From the NCBI GenBank assembly GCA_965216755.1, contig CBDCGL010000011.1, forward strand, positions 4,128,001 to 4,192,000: a stretch of DNA of 64,000 bases, written 5' to 3'. This DNA comes from Alphaproteobacteria bacterium (lineage in GTDB: Bacteria; Pseudomonadota; Alphaproteobacteria; UBA7887). The notes under the pieces are model-generated. The model did no database searches. It was not told the DNA's origin and was given only the letters and a program-made list of their open reading frames with translations. The translations under genes were made by a program, and so were the position numbers. Below, piece by piece: positions 18,242-27,536 of this stretch (the stretch's first letter is position 1; each line of letters starts with the position of its first letter).

Positions 18242-20035
18242 TTAGTTTTGCCGGCGAACACAGCGCACAAAATACACGTGCGAATTGTGATTCCCATATA
18301 CGACACCGGATCCGCGGGCGCTGCCGAAACCGACATAAAAGACGTGCTTCTCTTTATTGGGATTGTCGCTTCCGCTCCAGAACGGGAAATAATCGTCGCC
18401 CGAAGGCATGCGAAAGACCGCATTGATTTTCATCGCCTGACCGCGATCCACGAGACCCTTAAGTTCCTCGATAGTCGGTGCACGCCAGTCGTTAAGACCG
18501 GCGAGGGTGAGGTTCCTGCAATAGTCCCCGATCCGATGGCCTTGGCGCGCTTTGCCAAGATTGGTGGTGCCCCAGTAGTCATCGACCATCTCAAATTCCC
18601 GTACCGTGTACGGTTCATTTTGCCACATCAAGTCGGTGGTTAGGTCGATGACGGTCACGTCGCTGTTGGCGATGAAACGTCCATCTGTATCGCGCGGGAC
18701 GTGGAGCGCGTTCTGCCTTGGTGGCTGCACGAGAGCTAACGTGTCATCTGGTGGACTTGGTTGTTCAATGGGCTTCTGGGCGCCGTCGCTCTGCTGTTCG
18801 GCCGTTTCGCGTGCGACCAACAAATCCGCAAAAACATAACCCAACACTTGGTCATGTTGCTCGACCAGGTACCAGTTCTGTCCTTTCACCTGCCCCGCCA
18901 CATACACTTCCGTGCCGATTGGCAACACAGCCAATTTGGCGGCGCGAACTTGCGGCTCCTGGCGGACATTGGCATTTCTGACCGCAACATAGGTGGCCTC
19001 TATGGGATCCAATGCGATCGGCGGCGCCTGCGGCGCGATGGCAGTCTCCTCTTGGCCCTTCGCCGGCGCCAACGTATCTATTTTCAGTTTGGCGAGGCCG
19101 GCAAACGTGCCATTCGGATATTGCTTCAGATATTCCTCAAACATCGCCGGGTTTTCGCTGTCCTCGATCGCGTTCCAATAAGACAACTCAAAGGCCCGAT
19201 CGTCTGTCGCGGGCGCCGCGGCCAGCTCTGTCGCGGTCACGGTTAGCGTGCCATCGAGCTTGAAATAGAATGCACCTTCGATGGGCGAGGATGACAACCA
19301 CGGTTCCTGCTGGCCGCCCGTTGCCTCTGCGACCAGTAAGCCAACTTTGTTGAAAACCCGCAGCACATCCAGATTGGGCGTTTGGATTGCCTCGACCAAC
19401 GCCGAGGTATACGGACTGTTTGCGCCGGTCCCGTCTGCGGCAACGTCGCCCGGCCGGGTCGCGTAGCTAATCAACGTGCCTTTCGGCGCATCGATTCGGG
19501 CGAGGCCGCGGCCGACGGCACGCAGGCCGCGACCGGAGAACGGATTATTGCGGCATGCATCAAGGATCAGCATGTTCAACGGGTTGCCGGCCAATCCCAT
19601 TTGTCTAAGGACCAGATTGACATCGACAAGTTCGAACTCGACGTCTGCTTCAGTCTCCAGACCAGCGTCGATCGGTATCAAATAGTTGCGGCCACGATAC
19701 TCGATCGCATGACCGGCGTAGTAGAAAAGTCCGATGGTTTCAGGACCATTGAGCGCACGGGCGAAGTCCCGAATAGCCGCCTCCAAGCGAACTTTGTCGA
19801 GGTCCAGCAACGGTTCGGCGGCGATCAGTTCGAAGTCAAGCGATTGAAGTGATTTTCCAACCAGGCGCGCGTCATTGATCGGATTTTTGAGGATGCCGAT
19901 CTCCGCATATGTTTCATTGCCGACCACCAGGGCCACCCGACGTTCCGCCCGTGCTTCCACTGCGCTTAGTGAGACGGCAAAGAAAATCGCAAGCTTGGTG
20001 AGCAAGACCGTACGACGTCTCCAACTGTCCATCAT
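18242..20035 (-). CDS. Secreted caspase-family (peptidase C14) protein with SH3-like and C-terminal DUF1566/Lcl domains
   Basis: RRVALVVGN..Y, LKNPINDA, YYAGHA, ILDACRNNPF, ANVRQEP (SH3), V.D..T.LMWQ, DWR.PT.EEL and terminal VRCVR. Confidence 0.85.
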   Translation of the reverse strand: MMDSWRRRTVLLTKLAIFFAVSLSAVEARAERRVALVVGNETYAEIGILKNPINDARLVGKSLQSLDFELIAAEPLLDLDKVRLEAAIRDFARALNGPETIGLFYYAGHAIEYRGRNYLIPIDAGLETEADVEFELVDVNLVLRQMGLAGNPLNMLILDACRNNPFSGRGLRAVGRGLARIDAPKGTLISYATRPGDVAADGTGANSPYTSALVEAIQTPNLDVLRVFNKVGLLVAEATGGQQEPWLSSSPIEGAFYFKLDGTLTVTATELAAAPATDDRAFELSYWNAIEDSENPAMFEEYLKQYPNGTFAGLAKLKIDTLAPAKGQEETAIAPQAPPIALDPIEATYVAVRNANVRQEPQVRAAKLAVLPIGTEVYVAGQVKGQNWYLVEQHDQVLGYVFADLLVARETAEQQSDGAQKPIEQPSPPDDTLALVQPPRQNALHVPRDTDGRFIANSDVTVIDLTTDLMWQNEPYTVREFEMVDDYWGTTNLGKARQGHRIGDYCRNLTLAGLNDWRAPTIEELKGLVDRGQAMKINAVFRMPSGDDYFPFWSGSDNPNKEKHVFYVGFGSARGSGVVYGNHNSHVYFVRCVRRQN

Positions 20036-20233
20036 TTTCCTGCGTGCCCTAGACTGCGGACCTCGCCATTGGCGTGCCTATTTATCGGCCGTCGGGTTTT
20101 GGTAGATCCAAAGTTCGGCTGCCCTGAGATGGTCGAGCAAACTCGCTGTCGGTATCAAGTATTTCTTGCGTGGCCGCGTGAAAACGCCGCGCGCGCAGTG
20201 TCCGAGTTGGTCAATTGCCAGCGGGACGCCGCG

Positions 20234-20644
20234 CTAAGGCATCAAGGCGACGGCCTTGATTTCGATGATCAGGCCGGGACGTGCGAGCGCTTCGACACCG
20301 ATGGCCGTCCATGCGGGGAACGGATCCGGGATGAACCGTGCCTTGACCGCTACGAAATCGCTGAAGTGATCTTGGATGCCCACATGGTAAGTCACCAAAT
20401 CGACGATGTCGGTAAAGTGCGCGCCGCCGGCATTCAGGATCGCGCCGAGCCGCTCGAAGGCGTTGACGAATTGCGCCGTGTCGTGGTCTGGCATGGAGCC
20501 GTCGGGATTAAGCCCGATCTGGCCGGAGACATAAAGTGTGTCGTTGGCGCGGACCGCTGCCGAATAACCAAAGCGATCAAAAACCTGGGCGCCGCCTGCC
20601 GAAAACGGTCCTTCGCTGGGCGTGACGACTGTCTTGACGTTCAT
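20234..20644 (-). CDS. RidA/YjgF family protein
   Basis: YSAAVR...LYVSGQIG, PAWTAIGV..LA and IEIKAVA motifs. Confidence 0.85.
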   Translation of the reverse strand: MNVKTVVTPSEGPFSAGGAQVFDRFGYSAAVRANDTLYVSGQIGLNPDGSMPDHDTAQFVNAFERLGAILNAGGAHFTDIVDLVTYHVGIQDHFSDFVAVKARFIPDPFPAWTAIGVEALARPGLIIEIKAVALMP

Positions 20645-20664
20645 CGTTTTCTCCTTGTGTCACT

Positions 20665-21807
20665 TCATAGCCGTGCCCCGGCCGGCGGCGGCAAGCCGAG
20701 AAGCAAGCGACCGTATGCCTCCGCGCTGGGGTCCAGTTGCAAGAGGAAATGGCTTGCCATGGCGTGGATGTCTCGAAAGCCGCGTTCCAACGGGCCACCT
20801 TGCGGCAACAGACTGCCGCCGACGGCGCCGATGGCTCTGTTGGCGGCCGAAAGCGCGGTTCGCGCCGCCGTGACCGTTTGCACACGGATGCGAGCGCGCT
20901 CATTCAAGTCGATGTCGCCGCCAGCATAGAGGCGCGCCGCATTTTCGTAGAGGCCCATTTCAGCAAGTCCGACTTCGGCCGCACATTGTCCGAGAACGAT
21001 GTGGGCGTGCTGGCTCTCGATCTGGGCCTGTCCCGTACCGGCAGCGACACGGCGCCCAATGGCGTCGACCAGTGCGTCGACAATGGCCCGCGCCGTGCCG
21101 ATCAGCGGCGCCGTCACCGACATCGCGAGCAGGGGGTTGGCGGGCAGCCGATAGAGGGGCGTCGCGCCCTTGCGCCCACTTTCAATTGACGACCAGGCCA
21201 GCGTGCGGCGGTACGGCACGAATCCATTAACCAGAGAGACATCTTTGCTGCCCGTGCCGCGCATTCCGAGAACGTGCCAACTGTCGTTATCAATCTTGAA
21301 CGCGGCTGCTTCGAACACCGCCAGTGTCGGACCTTCGCGTAGCGGCACCAGTGCGGCCACCCAGTCGGCGTGGTCGATGCCAGACGCGTACCGCCAGTGT
21401 CCCGACACCTGGTAGCCGCCGGCGGTTTCGCGCACTTCGATGTTGCGACCGACACCGCCCGTGAGCACCGGGACGAGCACGTCGCAACCGTCGGCGAAGA
21501 TTTCGGCCCGACCGGTGGCATCGAACAGCCCCATGAGCCAAACATTGGCACCGCTCAGGCCGACCAACCAAGCCGTTGACGCGCAGCCGCGCGCCATTTC
21601 GACCGTGACGCGCCAAAGCACCTCGGGCGATAGCTCGCAGCCACCGTTCGCGCGCGGTTGCAATATGCGAAGAAAGCCGGCCTGGCGGATGGCGGCGATG
21701 GTGGCGTCACCAATTTTTCTATCGTGATCGGCAACCGACGCTTGCTGTTGCAACATCGGTATGAGCGCGGCAACCCGTGCGACGAATTCATCCGACTGAC
21801 TGGGCAT
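20665..21807 (-). CDS. Flavin-dependent monooxygenase oxygenase subunit, acyl-CoA dehydrogenase fold (HsaA-like)
   Basis: LQPRANGG.E, CASTAW, SGHW.YASGIDHADW, W.VLGMRGTGS and LERGFRDIH motifs. Confidence 0.8.
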   Translation of the reverse strand: MPSQSDEFVARVAALIPMLQQQASVADHDRKIGDATIAAIRQAGFLRILQPRANGGCELSPEVLWRVTVEMARGCASTAWLVGLSGANVWLMGLFDATGRAEIFADGCDVLVPVLTGGVGRNIEVRETAGGYQVSGHWRYASGIDHADWVAALVPLREGPTLAVFEAAAFKIDNDSWHVLGMRGTGSKDVSLVNGFVPYRRTLAWSSIESGRKGATPLYRLPANPLLAMSVTAPLIGTARAIVDALVDAIGRRVAAGTGQAQIESQHAHIVLGQCAAEVGLAEMGLYENAARLYAGGDIDLNERARIRVQTVTAARTALSAANRAIGAVGGSLLPQGGPLERGFRDIHAMASHFLLQLDPSAEAYGRLLLGLPPPAGARL

Positions 21808-21942
21808 GTTCGGACCTCTTTTTTGGCCAGTATACGCGATTGGTATGGGCCACGCCTGCGCGATGGACTAACTCCGAACAGGAACAAGGTCATGTCAGCG
21901 GATCGACAGACCGATTTCAGGAATTCGCTGAGCATCGATATT

Positions 21943-21975
21943 GATATCGGCGATTGCCCGGAATTCGCCGATATC
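21943..21975. promoter_or_regulatory. 11-bp inverted repeat (operator or hairpin) upstream of the monooxygenase
   Basis: GATATCGGCGA ... TCGCCGATATC. Confidence 0.35.
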
Positions 21976-22033
21976 GGACACTGCTCTAGAGCCGGTGCAA
22001 TCCTGTGGTTGACGCTTGGGCAGCTGCTCTAAA

Positions 22034-23785
22034 TCAGTCCGCCTTTTCGTGCCAATCCTCGCCCGCGATGGTTTGCTCGGCTTGGCGGTGCGTCTCGATG
22101 ATGCGGCGCGCGGATTGATCCGGGATACCGATACCTGTGAGCACCATTTCGCTGAGCTGCAAGCTGGTCTCGACTGTCTCGGGGATGACGCGGCTGGCGC
22201 CCCGGTCGATGAGCCGTTCCGCATGGCTGCGGTCGCGGGCTCGCGCGAGCAAGAGGAGGTCCGGCCAGTGCCGGCGCGCGGTCGCGACCACCCGCTCTGC
22301 GGTTTGCGTATTGTCTATGGTCACAACCAAGGCCGCGGCACGGTCGACGCCGAACTTGCGCAACATGTCCGGACGGCTGGCGTCGCCATAAAAAACGCCG
22401 GCGCCGGCGGAACGATAGCGCGCGACGAGGGTCGCATCGCTGTCGATTCCGACATGTGGCAACGCTTGGCTGTCCAGCACCGAACCCAACATTTGGCCGA
22501 CGCGGCCATAGCCGACAACAATCACATGGCCGGAAAGGCCGACGGCGATATCCGTGTCGCGCTGATCACGGCCTGCTTCGCGCGCTTCAACCGCACGGGC
22601 AATTTTGCGAGCGACATGGGCCACCGGCGGTGTTGCGACCATCGTCATGCCGGCGACAATGAGCATGAACTGCGCGGTGGCGTTTGGCATGAGACCAAGT
22701 CCATAGGCCATACCGACAACAAGCAGCGCGAACTCGCCGCCCTGGCCGAGCAGCAGGCCGGTCTCCAGGGCCACCGGGCGGGGCTCGCCGAACCATCGCG
22801 CCAGGGCGTACACGATTGGGCTTTTGATCAGGTACAGCCCGAATACCGATGCGATCAGCCAGAAAGGTTCGGCAGCCGCCTGGCTGACGTCGATACTCAT
22901 GCCGACAGAGACGAAGAAAAGGCCGAGCAACAGGCCTTTGAACGGCTCGATGTCGACCTCGATTTCGTGACGATATTCCGTCTCAGCCAATAGCAGCCCT
23001 GCGAGAAAGGCGCCCAAGGCCATCGATAAGCCGAACTGTTTGGTGGCCAATGCCGTGCCGACGATGACCAGCAAGACGAGGGCCAAGAACATCTCCCGGC
23101 TGGCCGTGCTGCCAACGAAGCGGAACACCGGTCGGACCACCAGGCGCCCGATGGCCAGAATTGCAGCGACCGCGATCATTGCCTCGGCGATCGCCCATGC
23201 AAACGCGGTCAACACGGGCGCGTCGCTTTGCGCGCCGAAGACGCCAACCAGGAAGAGGATCGGCAACACCGCCAGGTCCTGGCATAACAGGATGGCAAAG
23301 CTGGCACGGCCCGTGGCCGTACCCAGCCGGCGGTTCTCGGCGAGCAATTGCATGACGACAGCGGTCGAGGACAGCGCGAAGCCGGCGCCGAGCACGACCG
23401 CAACGGCAAGGGGATTTTCGAACAACCAGGCGATGAACGCGATCACGGCGCCGGTTATCAGAATTTGCGCGCCGCCGAGCCCAAAAACCCTGCGTCGCAT
23501 CGCCCAAAGCCGGTTGAGCGAAAGCTCCAGCCCGATCATGAACAAAAGGAATACGACGCCCAATTCTGCGAGCGGACGAACGCCATCCAAGTCGGTGATC
23601 AAAACATAGTGCAACCACGGTAAGGCGTCGGCGAAGCGTGCGACGCCATGCGGTCCGATCACCAGACCCACGACCAGAAAGCCGAATACGGGACTGATCC
23701 CAAAGCGACGGGCCAGCGGCACAATGATCCCGGCGGCAAAGAAAAACACCATCGCTTCGCGTAGATCGAGCGTATCGACATGCAT
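22034..23785 (-). CDS. CPA2-family K+/H+ antiporter with TrkA-N domain (KefB/KefC-like)
   Basis: LAELGVVFLLF.IGLEL, LSSTAVV, LGAFLAGLLLAE, FKGLLLGLFF and GYGRVG...GDA motifs. Confidence 0.9.
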   Translation of the reverse strand: MHVDTLDLREAMVFFFAAGIIVPLARRFGISPVFGFLVVGLVIGPHGVARFADALPWLHYVLITDLDGVRPLAELGVVFLLFMIGLELSLNRLWAMRRRVFGLGGAQILITGAVIAFIAWLFENPLAVAVVLGAGFALSSTAVVMQLLAENRRLGTATGRASFAILLCQDLAVLPILFLVGVFGAQSDAPVLTAFAWAIAEAMIAVAAILAIGRLVVRPVFRFVGSTASREMFLALVLLVIVGTALATKQFGLSMALGAFLAGLLLAETEYRHEIEVDIEPFKGLLLGLFFVSVGMSIDVSQAAAEPFWLIASVFGLYLIKSPIVYALARWFGEPRPVALETGLLLGQGGEFALLVVGMAYGLGLMPNATAQFMLIVAGMTMVATPPVAHVARKIARAVEAREAGRDQRDTDIAVGLSGHVIVVGYGRVGQMLGSVLDSQALPHVGIDSDATLVARYRSAGAGVFYGDASRPDMLRKFGVDRAAALVVTIDNTQTAERVVATARRHWPDLLLLARARDRSHAERLIDRGASRVIPETVETSLQLSEMVLTGIGIPDQSARRIIETHRQAEQTIAGEDWHEKAD

Positions 23786-24054
23786 GAGTTTCTCCGATTG
23801 CCTTCGGCACTGTCCCCGCTGGCTCGTTACCCAACACCAAGATCACAGGGCATTTCGTTGTCAGGCCCTGCTAATCGCAAACCAGATACACACGCCGGCA
23901 ATCTTTCGGCCATGTGTCGCCCTTGTTTAGCCAGGCCTCGTCTGCACCGATCATCTTGGTCAACTCGAATATGGGTCGCAACGAAGTCGTGGACATGACG
24001 CCACCACGACAGATCTGGCGTTCGTCGCGCCGGTTTGCACCGGTCATATGGATC

Positions 24055-25404
24055 TTAATTGGCCTCGTCGTTGCCGGCCTGGGCGCGAAACAGCCAAATG
24101 CCACTGTGCTCGTCTCTTTTAAAGGTGCTGTTAACGACCGCCAGCGCGCCGCTCTGATTGACGGCGAGTTTGTTCATCAATAGACCTTGCAGACTGCCAT
24201 TGACGCCAAGGGCCGGATCCATGCTGCCGGGAACCAGCGCCGGCGGTGTAAATGTCGATCCGCGATCGTTCGATACGGCGAACCCCAGACCTGACGAACG
24301 CGTTCTTCGGTCCGCGACCAGTTCCCAGATGACGAATAGATTGTCATCGCCGTCCAGGCGAAGGGCGGGATGATGGGCGCTTTTGGTTTTCCCGATACGA
24401 GGGGCAGAAATTTCTCGTGGCACGTCAAATGAACGTCCACCGTCACCGGAGCGGCTGTACACAATGTGGTAGCGCTCAAAGGGGCCATCCGGACTTTCGG
24501 CATAAACGAGATGTATGGTTCCCTGGCGATCTACTGCGATCTTGGGTGCGTCGGCGTGCCCGTTAGTGCTGAATGCGGCCTGTGGTGGGCTGAAAGAATG
24601 CCCTTGATCGTCCGATCTTGCGATTTGGATATTGGCCGCACGATTTTCGCCGACAGTCCAGGCGATATATATCGTGCCGCGGACGTCGATCGCGATAGAC
24701 GGACCGCGTGCCGGGCCGGAAACATCGCCGTCGACAAGGCGTTTTGGCGGCGAGAAACTGGCGCCTGAGTCGATGGACTCGGCCAACCACAGGGTGCCTT
24801 CATACTCGGTCCACACCGCGTAGAAGTTCCCCTCGGGATCGATGGCGAGGTCCAAGCTGCCATTATGCCAAGAACGGGCGGTCAAACGTCCTTTGCCGTC
24901 GCCGCCGAGAGAGTTGGAAAGGTTGATCGGTGCGGCGAATGTCGCGCCGCCATCGATCGACCGCGCGAACAAAATCTCGCCACCATGTGAACCGCCGGAA
25001 AAGACGATCTCTTGCCAGAGGATATGCACATTGCGCACATCGCTGGGGCCAATCAGCGCACGCGGCAGCCACGAAAGGATGGTCGGGCTGCGCGACACGT
25101 TGACGGGCGTGTCGAGGCGCGTTGTGCCATCGGGCTGGTAGAGCTGGAAGAAAACATCCTTCCGGGCCTGATCGACCCAGCTGACGCCAATGAAACCCTG
25201 TTCATTGATGGCCACGGTCGGATCGTCGACATAGTCATATTCTGACTTGTTCATGCGCCAGGGGCCTTGGACTCCGTTGCCGGAGGCCACCGCGACCTTG
25301 TCCTGCCACGTTACGCCTGAAACTTGCGTTTCCGCTAAGACGGGCACAACCGCCAACCAAAACGCGAACATCGCCAAACTCAGCCAGATTCGGATTCGAA
25401 ACAT
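24055..25404 (-). CDS. Secreted BNR/Asp-box repeat (sialidase-like beta-propeller) protein
   Basis: Signal peptide and five S.D.G..F Asp-boxes (SIDGGATF, SIDSGASF, SDDQGHSF, SGDGGRSF, SNDRGSTF). Confidence 0.75.
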   Translation of the reverse strand: MFRIRIWLSLAMFAFWLAVVPVLAETQVSGVTWQDKVAVASGNGVQGPWRMNKSEYDYVDDPTVAINEQGFIGVSWVDQARKDVFFQLYQPDGTTRLDTPVNVSRSPTILSWLPRALIGPSDVRNVHILWQEIVFSGGSHGGEILFARSIDGGATFAAPINLSNSLGGDGKGRLTARSWHNGSLDLAIDPEGNFYAVWTEYEGTLWLAESIDSGASFSPPKRLVDGDVSGPARGPSIAIDVRGTIYIAWTVGENRAANIQIARSDDQGHSFSPPQAAFSTNGHADAPKIAVDRQGTIHLVYAESPDGPFERYHIVYSRSGDGGRSFDVPREISAPRIGKTKSAHHPALRLDGDDNLFVIWELVADRRTRSSGLGFAVSNDRGSTFTPPALVPGSMDPALGVNGSLQGLLMNKLAVNQSGALAVVNSTFKRDEHSGIWLFRAQAGNDEAN

Positions 25405-25626
25405 GCCCCAAAACTCCACCGCGCATTGTACACGTTGGGCAACGTTGATGCCGCATGAACACGGTGCAGCCGTGTCACTTTATCCGATCGACCACCGTGG
25501 GGATGAGGGGCGGTGTCAGTTTGTGGTCGATGAACGGACCTTTGGCTATGGACGCACTGTTTACGATGATGCGGGTGGCGTGGTTTAAATATCACCCGTC
25601 GGATTGGCGCAGCAACGAGGGCCAAA

Positions 25627-26085
25627 GTGTCAAGTTTTTCCCACGACGACTATGTCAGATTGGTCGAGGACGACTATTTCGGAAGTGTCGCCCGAGAAGA
25701 TGTTGAAGGCGCGCTACGCTGCTTCACGCCTGACGCCCATGTCACGATCTATCATGGCGATGCGCCGGCGCGCCGCTTCGCCGCCGAGCCGCAAACCGGC
25801 GAAAGCCCGCTCAGAGAATTCTACGATCACCTCTTAGCCAACTATGCGCCAAATTTCAGCGGATTTCGCCATTTCGTCGACCCGCCGCAGCAGCGCTGTG
25901 CTGCCTATTTCGATGTCGAACTCTCTCCCAAACCCGGTTCGCCTTATCAGCGCGCCGGTACGCGGCATTTGAAGAATTGCAATTTCTTTCACTGCCGAGA
26001 CGGGAAGATCTTCGACATGACTATCTACTACGCTGATCCGGGCGCCGATCCTGGTGCGCCGACCGGTTTTCCAAAGACCGGTTAG
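25627..26085 (+). CDS. SnoaL/NTF2-like protein
   Basis: YF..V...D......CFTPDA and NCNFF...DGKI pattern typical of SnoaL-like folds. Confidence 0.65.
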   Translation: MSSFSHDDYVRLVEDDYFGSVAREDVEGALRCFTPDAHVTIYHGDAPARRFAAEPQTGESPLREFYDHLLANYAPNFSGFRHFVDPPQQRCAAYFDVELSPKPGSPYQRAGTRHLKNCNFFHCRDGKIFDMTIYYADPGADPGAPTGFPKTG

Positions 26086-26184
26086 CGTTTCTTACGGGCA
26101 GCGCTGGCTTCGCCTGCCGGTGGCCCCGCACTTTGCCCGAAGTCAAGGCGACGACGGCCGGCAGACGCAACAATCCCATCGCCC

Positions 26185-27444
26185 ATGGAAGCCGCAACGT
26201 TTTTCATTCAACTGGCCGCCATTTTGATCGCCGCGCGTGCCGCTGGCGAAATTGCCGCGCGGTTCGGCGCCCCCTCGGTAATTGGCGAACTGGTGGCGGG
26301 GATCATATTGGGCCCCAGCGTGCTCGGCTGGCTGGAACCGACCGAGGTCATACGCTTGCTGGCCGAGATCGGCATCATCCTGCTTCTGTTTGAAGTCGGC
26401 CTCGAGACCGATATCGGGCGCTTGGCCAAGACCGGCGGCCGTTCCGTGACGGTCGCGCTGGGCGGTTTCGTCATCCCGTTTCTGATGGGCTATGCCGCCG
26501 GCCGGATATTGTTCGGGTTTGACACACTGCTGGCGCTGTTCGTGGGCGGCACGCTCACGGCCACCAGCATCGGCGTAACGGTGCGCATCCTGCGCGACGT
26601 GAACCGGCAAAACAGCCGCGAAGGCCAGATTGTTCTGGGGGCGGCGGTCATCGACGATATTCTGGGCGTTCTACTTCTGGCATTGCTTTATGAGTTTTCG
26701 CAAACCGGCGATCTCAGCGCCGCGAACCTGGTGCGGTTGGCGCTGTTCATCGGAATTTTTTTCGCCATCGCGCCGCTTGCCGCGAAGCTGATCTCGACGC
26801 TTATCGGCCACTATCACCGTGCCACCCAAATGCCCGGCTTGGTTGCGACTCTGATCGTGTCGTTGGTGATGGTGTTTGCTTGGCTCGCGCATGCTGTCGG
26901 CGCGCCGGAGCTGTTGGGTGGCTTTACCGCGGGACTGGCCCTCTCGCGGCGCTTCTTCTTGCCGTTTGGCGCCTCGCTCGCGCGCGATCATCAGCTTGCT
27001 GACGAGGTCGAACGCGATATGAAGCCAATCGTGCAGCTGTTTACGCCGATTTTCTTCGTCACAGTCGGCCTTTCGCTGGACCTGCGCGAGGTGGAATGGA
27101 CCTCCGCCTTTATCTGGGTCTTTTCGCTGTCGGTCGGCTTCGTGGCCATTGTGGGAAAGATCGCCGGCGGCTTTTTGCTGGTGCGCGAGCATTGGTTGAT
27201 GCGCAGTGCGATCGGCATGGCCATGGTGCCACGCGGCGAAGTGGGCCTGATTTTCGCCGAGCTTGGTCGTTCGGCGGGTGTTTTCGACGGCCCGACTTAT
27301 GCCGCGATGGTCCTGGTCATCGCCTACACGACTTTGTTTTCGCCGTTTTGGATTAAGCTGTTTTATCGACTGTTCGGATCACAGGCGGCGCTTGTCGAAA
27401 CCAAAGTCGCCGCTGAGCCAGGCTCGCCACCGGCCGAGTTTTGA
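26185..27444 (+). CDS. Cation:proton antiporter (CPA2/NapA-like)
   Basis: GEL.AGIILGPS, TATSIGVT, AAVIDDILG and MVPRGEVGLIF motifs. Confidence 0.9.
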   Translation: MEAATFFIQLAAILIAARAAGEIAARFGAPSVIGELVAGIILGPSVLGWLEPTEVIRLLAEIGIILLLFEVGLETDIGRLAKTGGRSVTVALGGFVIPFLMGYAAGRILFGFDTLLALFVGGTLTATSIGVTVRILRDVNRQNSREGQIVLGAAVIDDILGVLLLALLYEFSQTGDLSAANLVRLALFIGIFFAIAPLAAKLISTLIGHYHRATQMPGLVATLIVSLVMVFAWLAHAVGAPELLGGFTAGLALSRRFFLPFGASLARDHQLADEVERDMKPIVQLFTPIFFVTVGLSLDLREVEWTSAFIWVFSLSVGFVAIVGKIAGGFLLVREHWLMRSAIGMAMVPRGEVGLIFAELGRSAGVFDGPTYAAMVLVIAYTTLFSPFWIKLFYRLFGSQAALVETKVAAEPGSPPAEF

Positions 27445-27536
27445 CCATATAATTAGCCAACTATATTATGTAAAGAAGTATATTATCTAGCGCAGTAACA
27501 CTCTGCGCGCACCGCATTGTAAAATTGCGCGTTGGT

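Noticed and set aside
27445-27536. AT-rich stretch between convergent genes
   Set aside because: No clear repeat, terminator or RNA structure could be supported.
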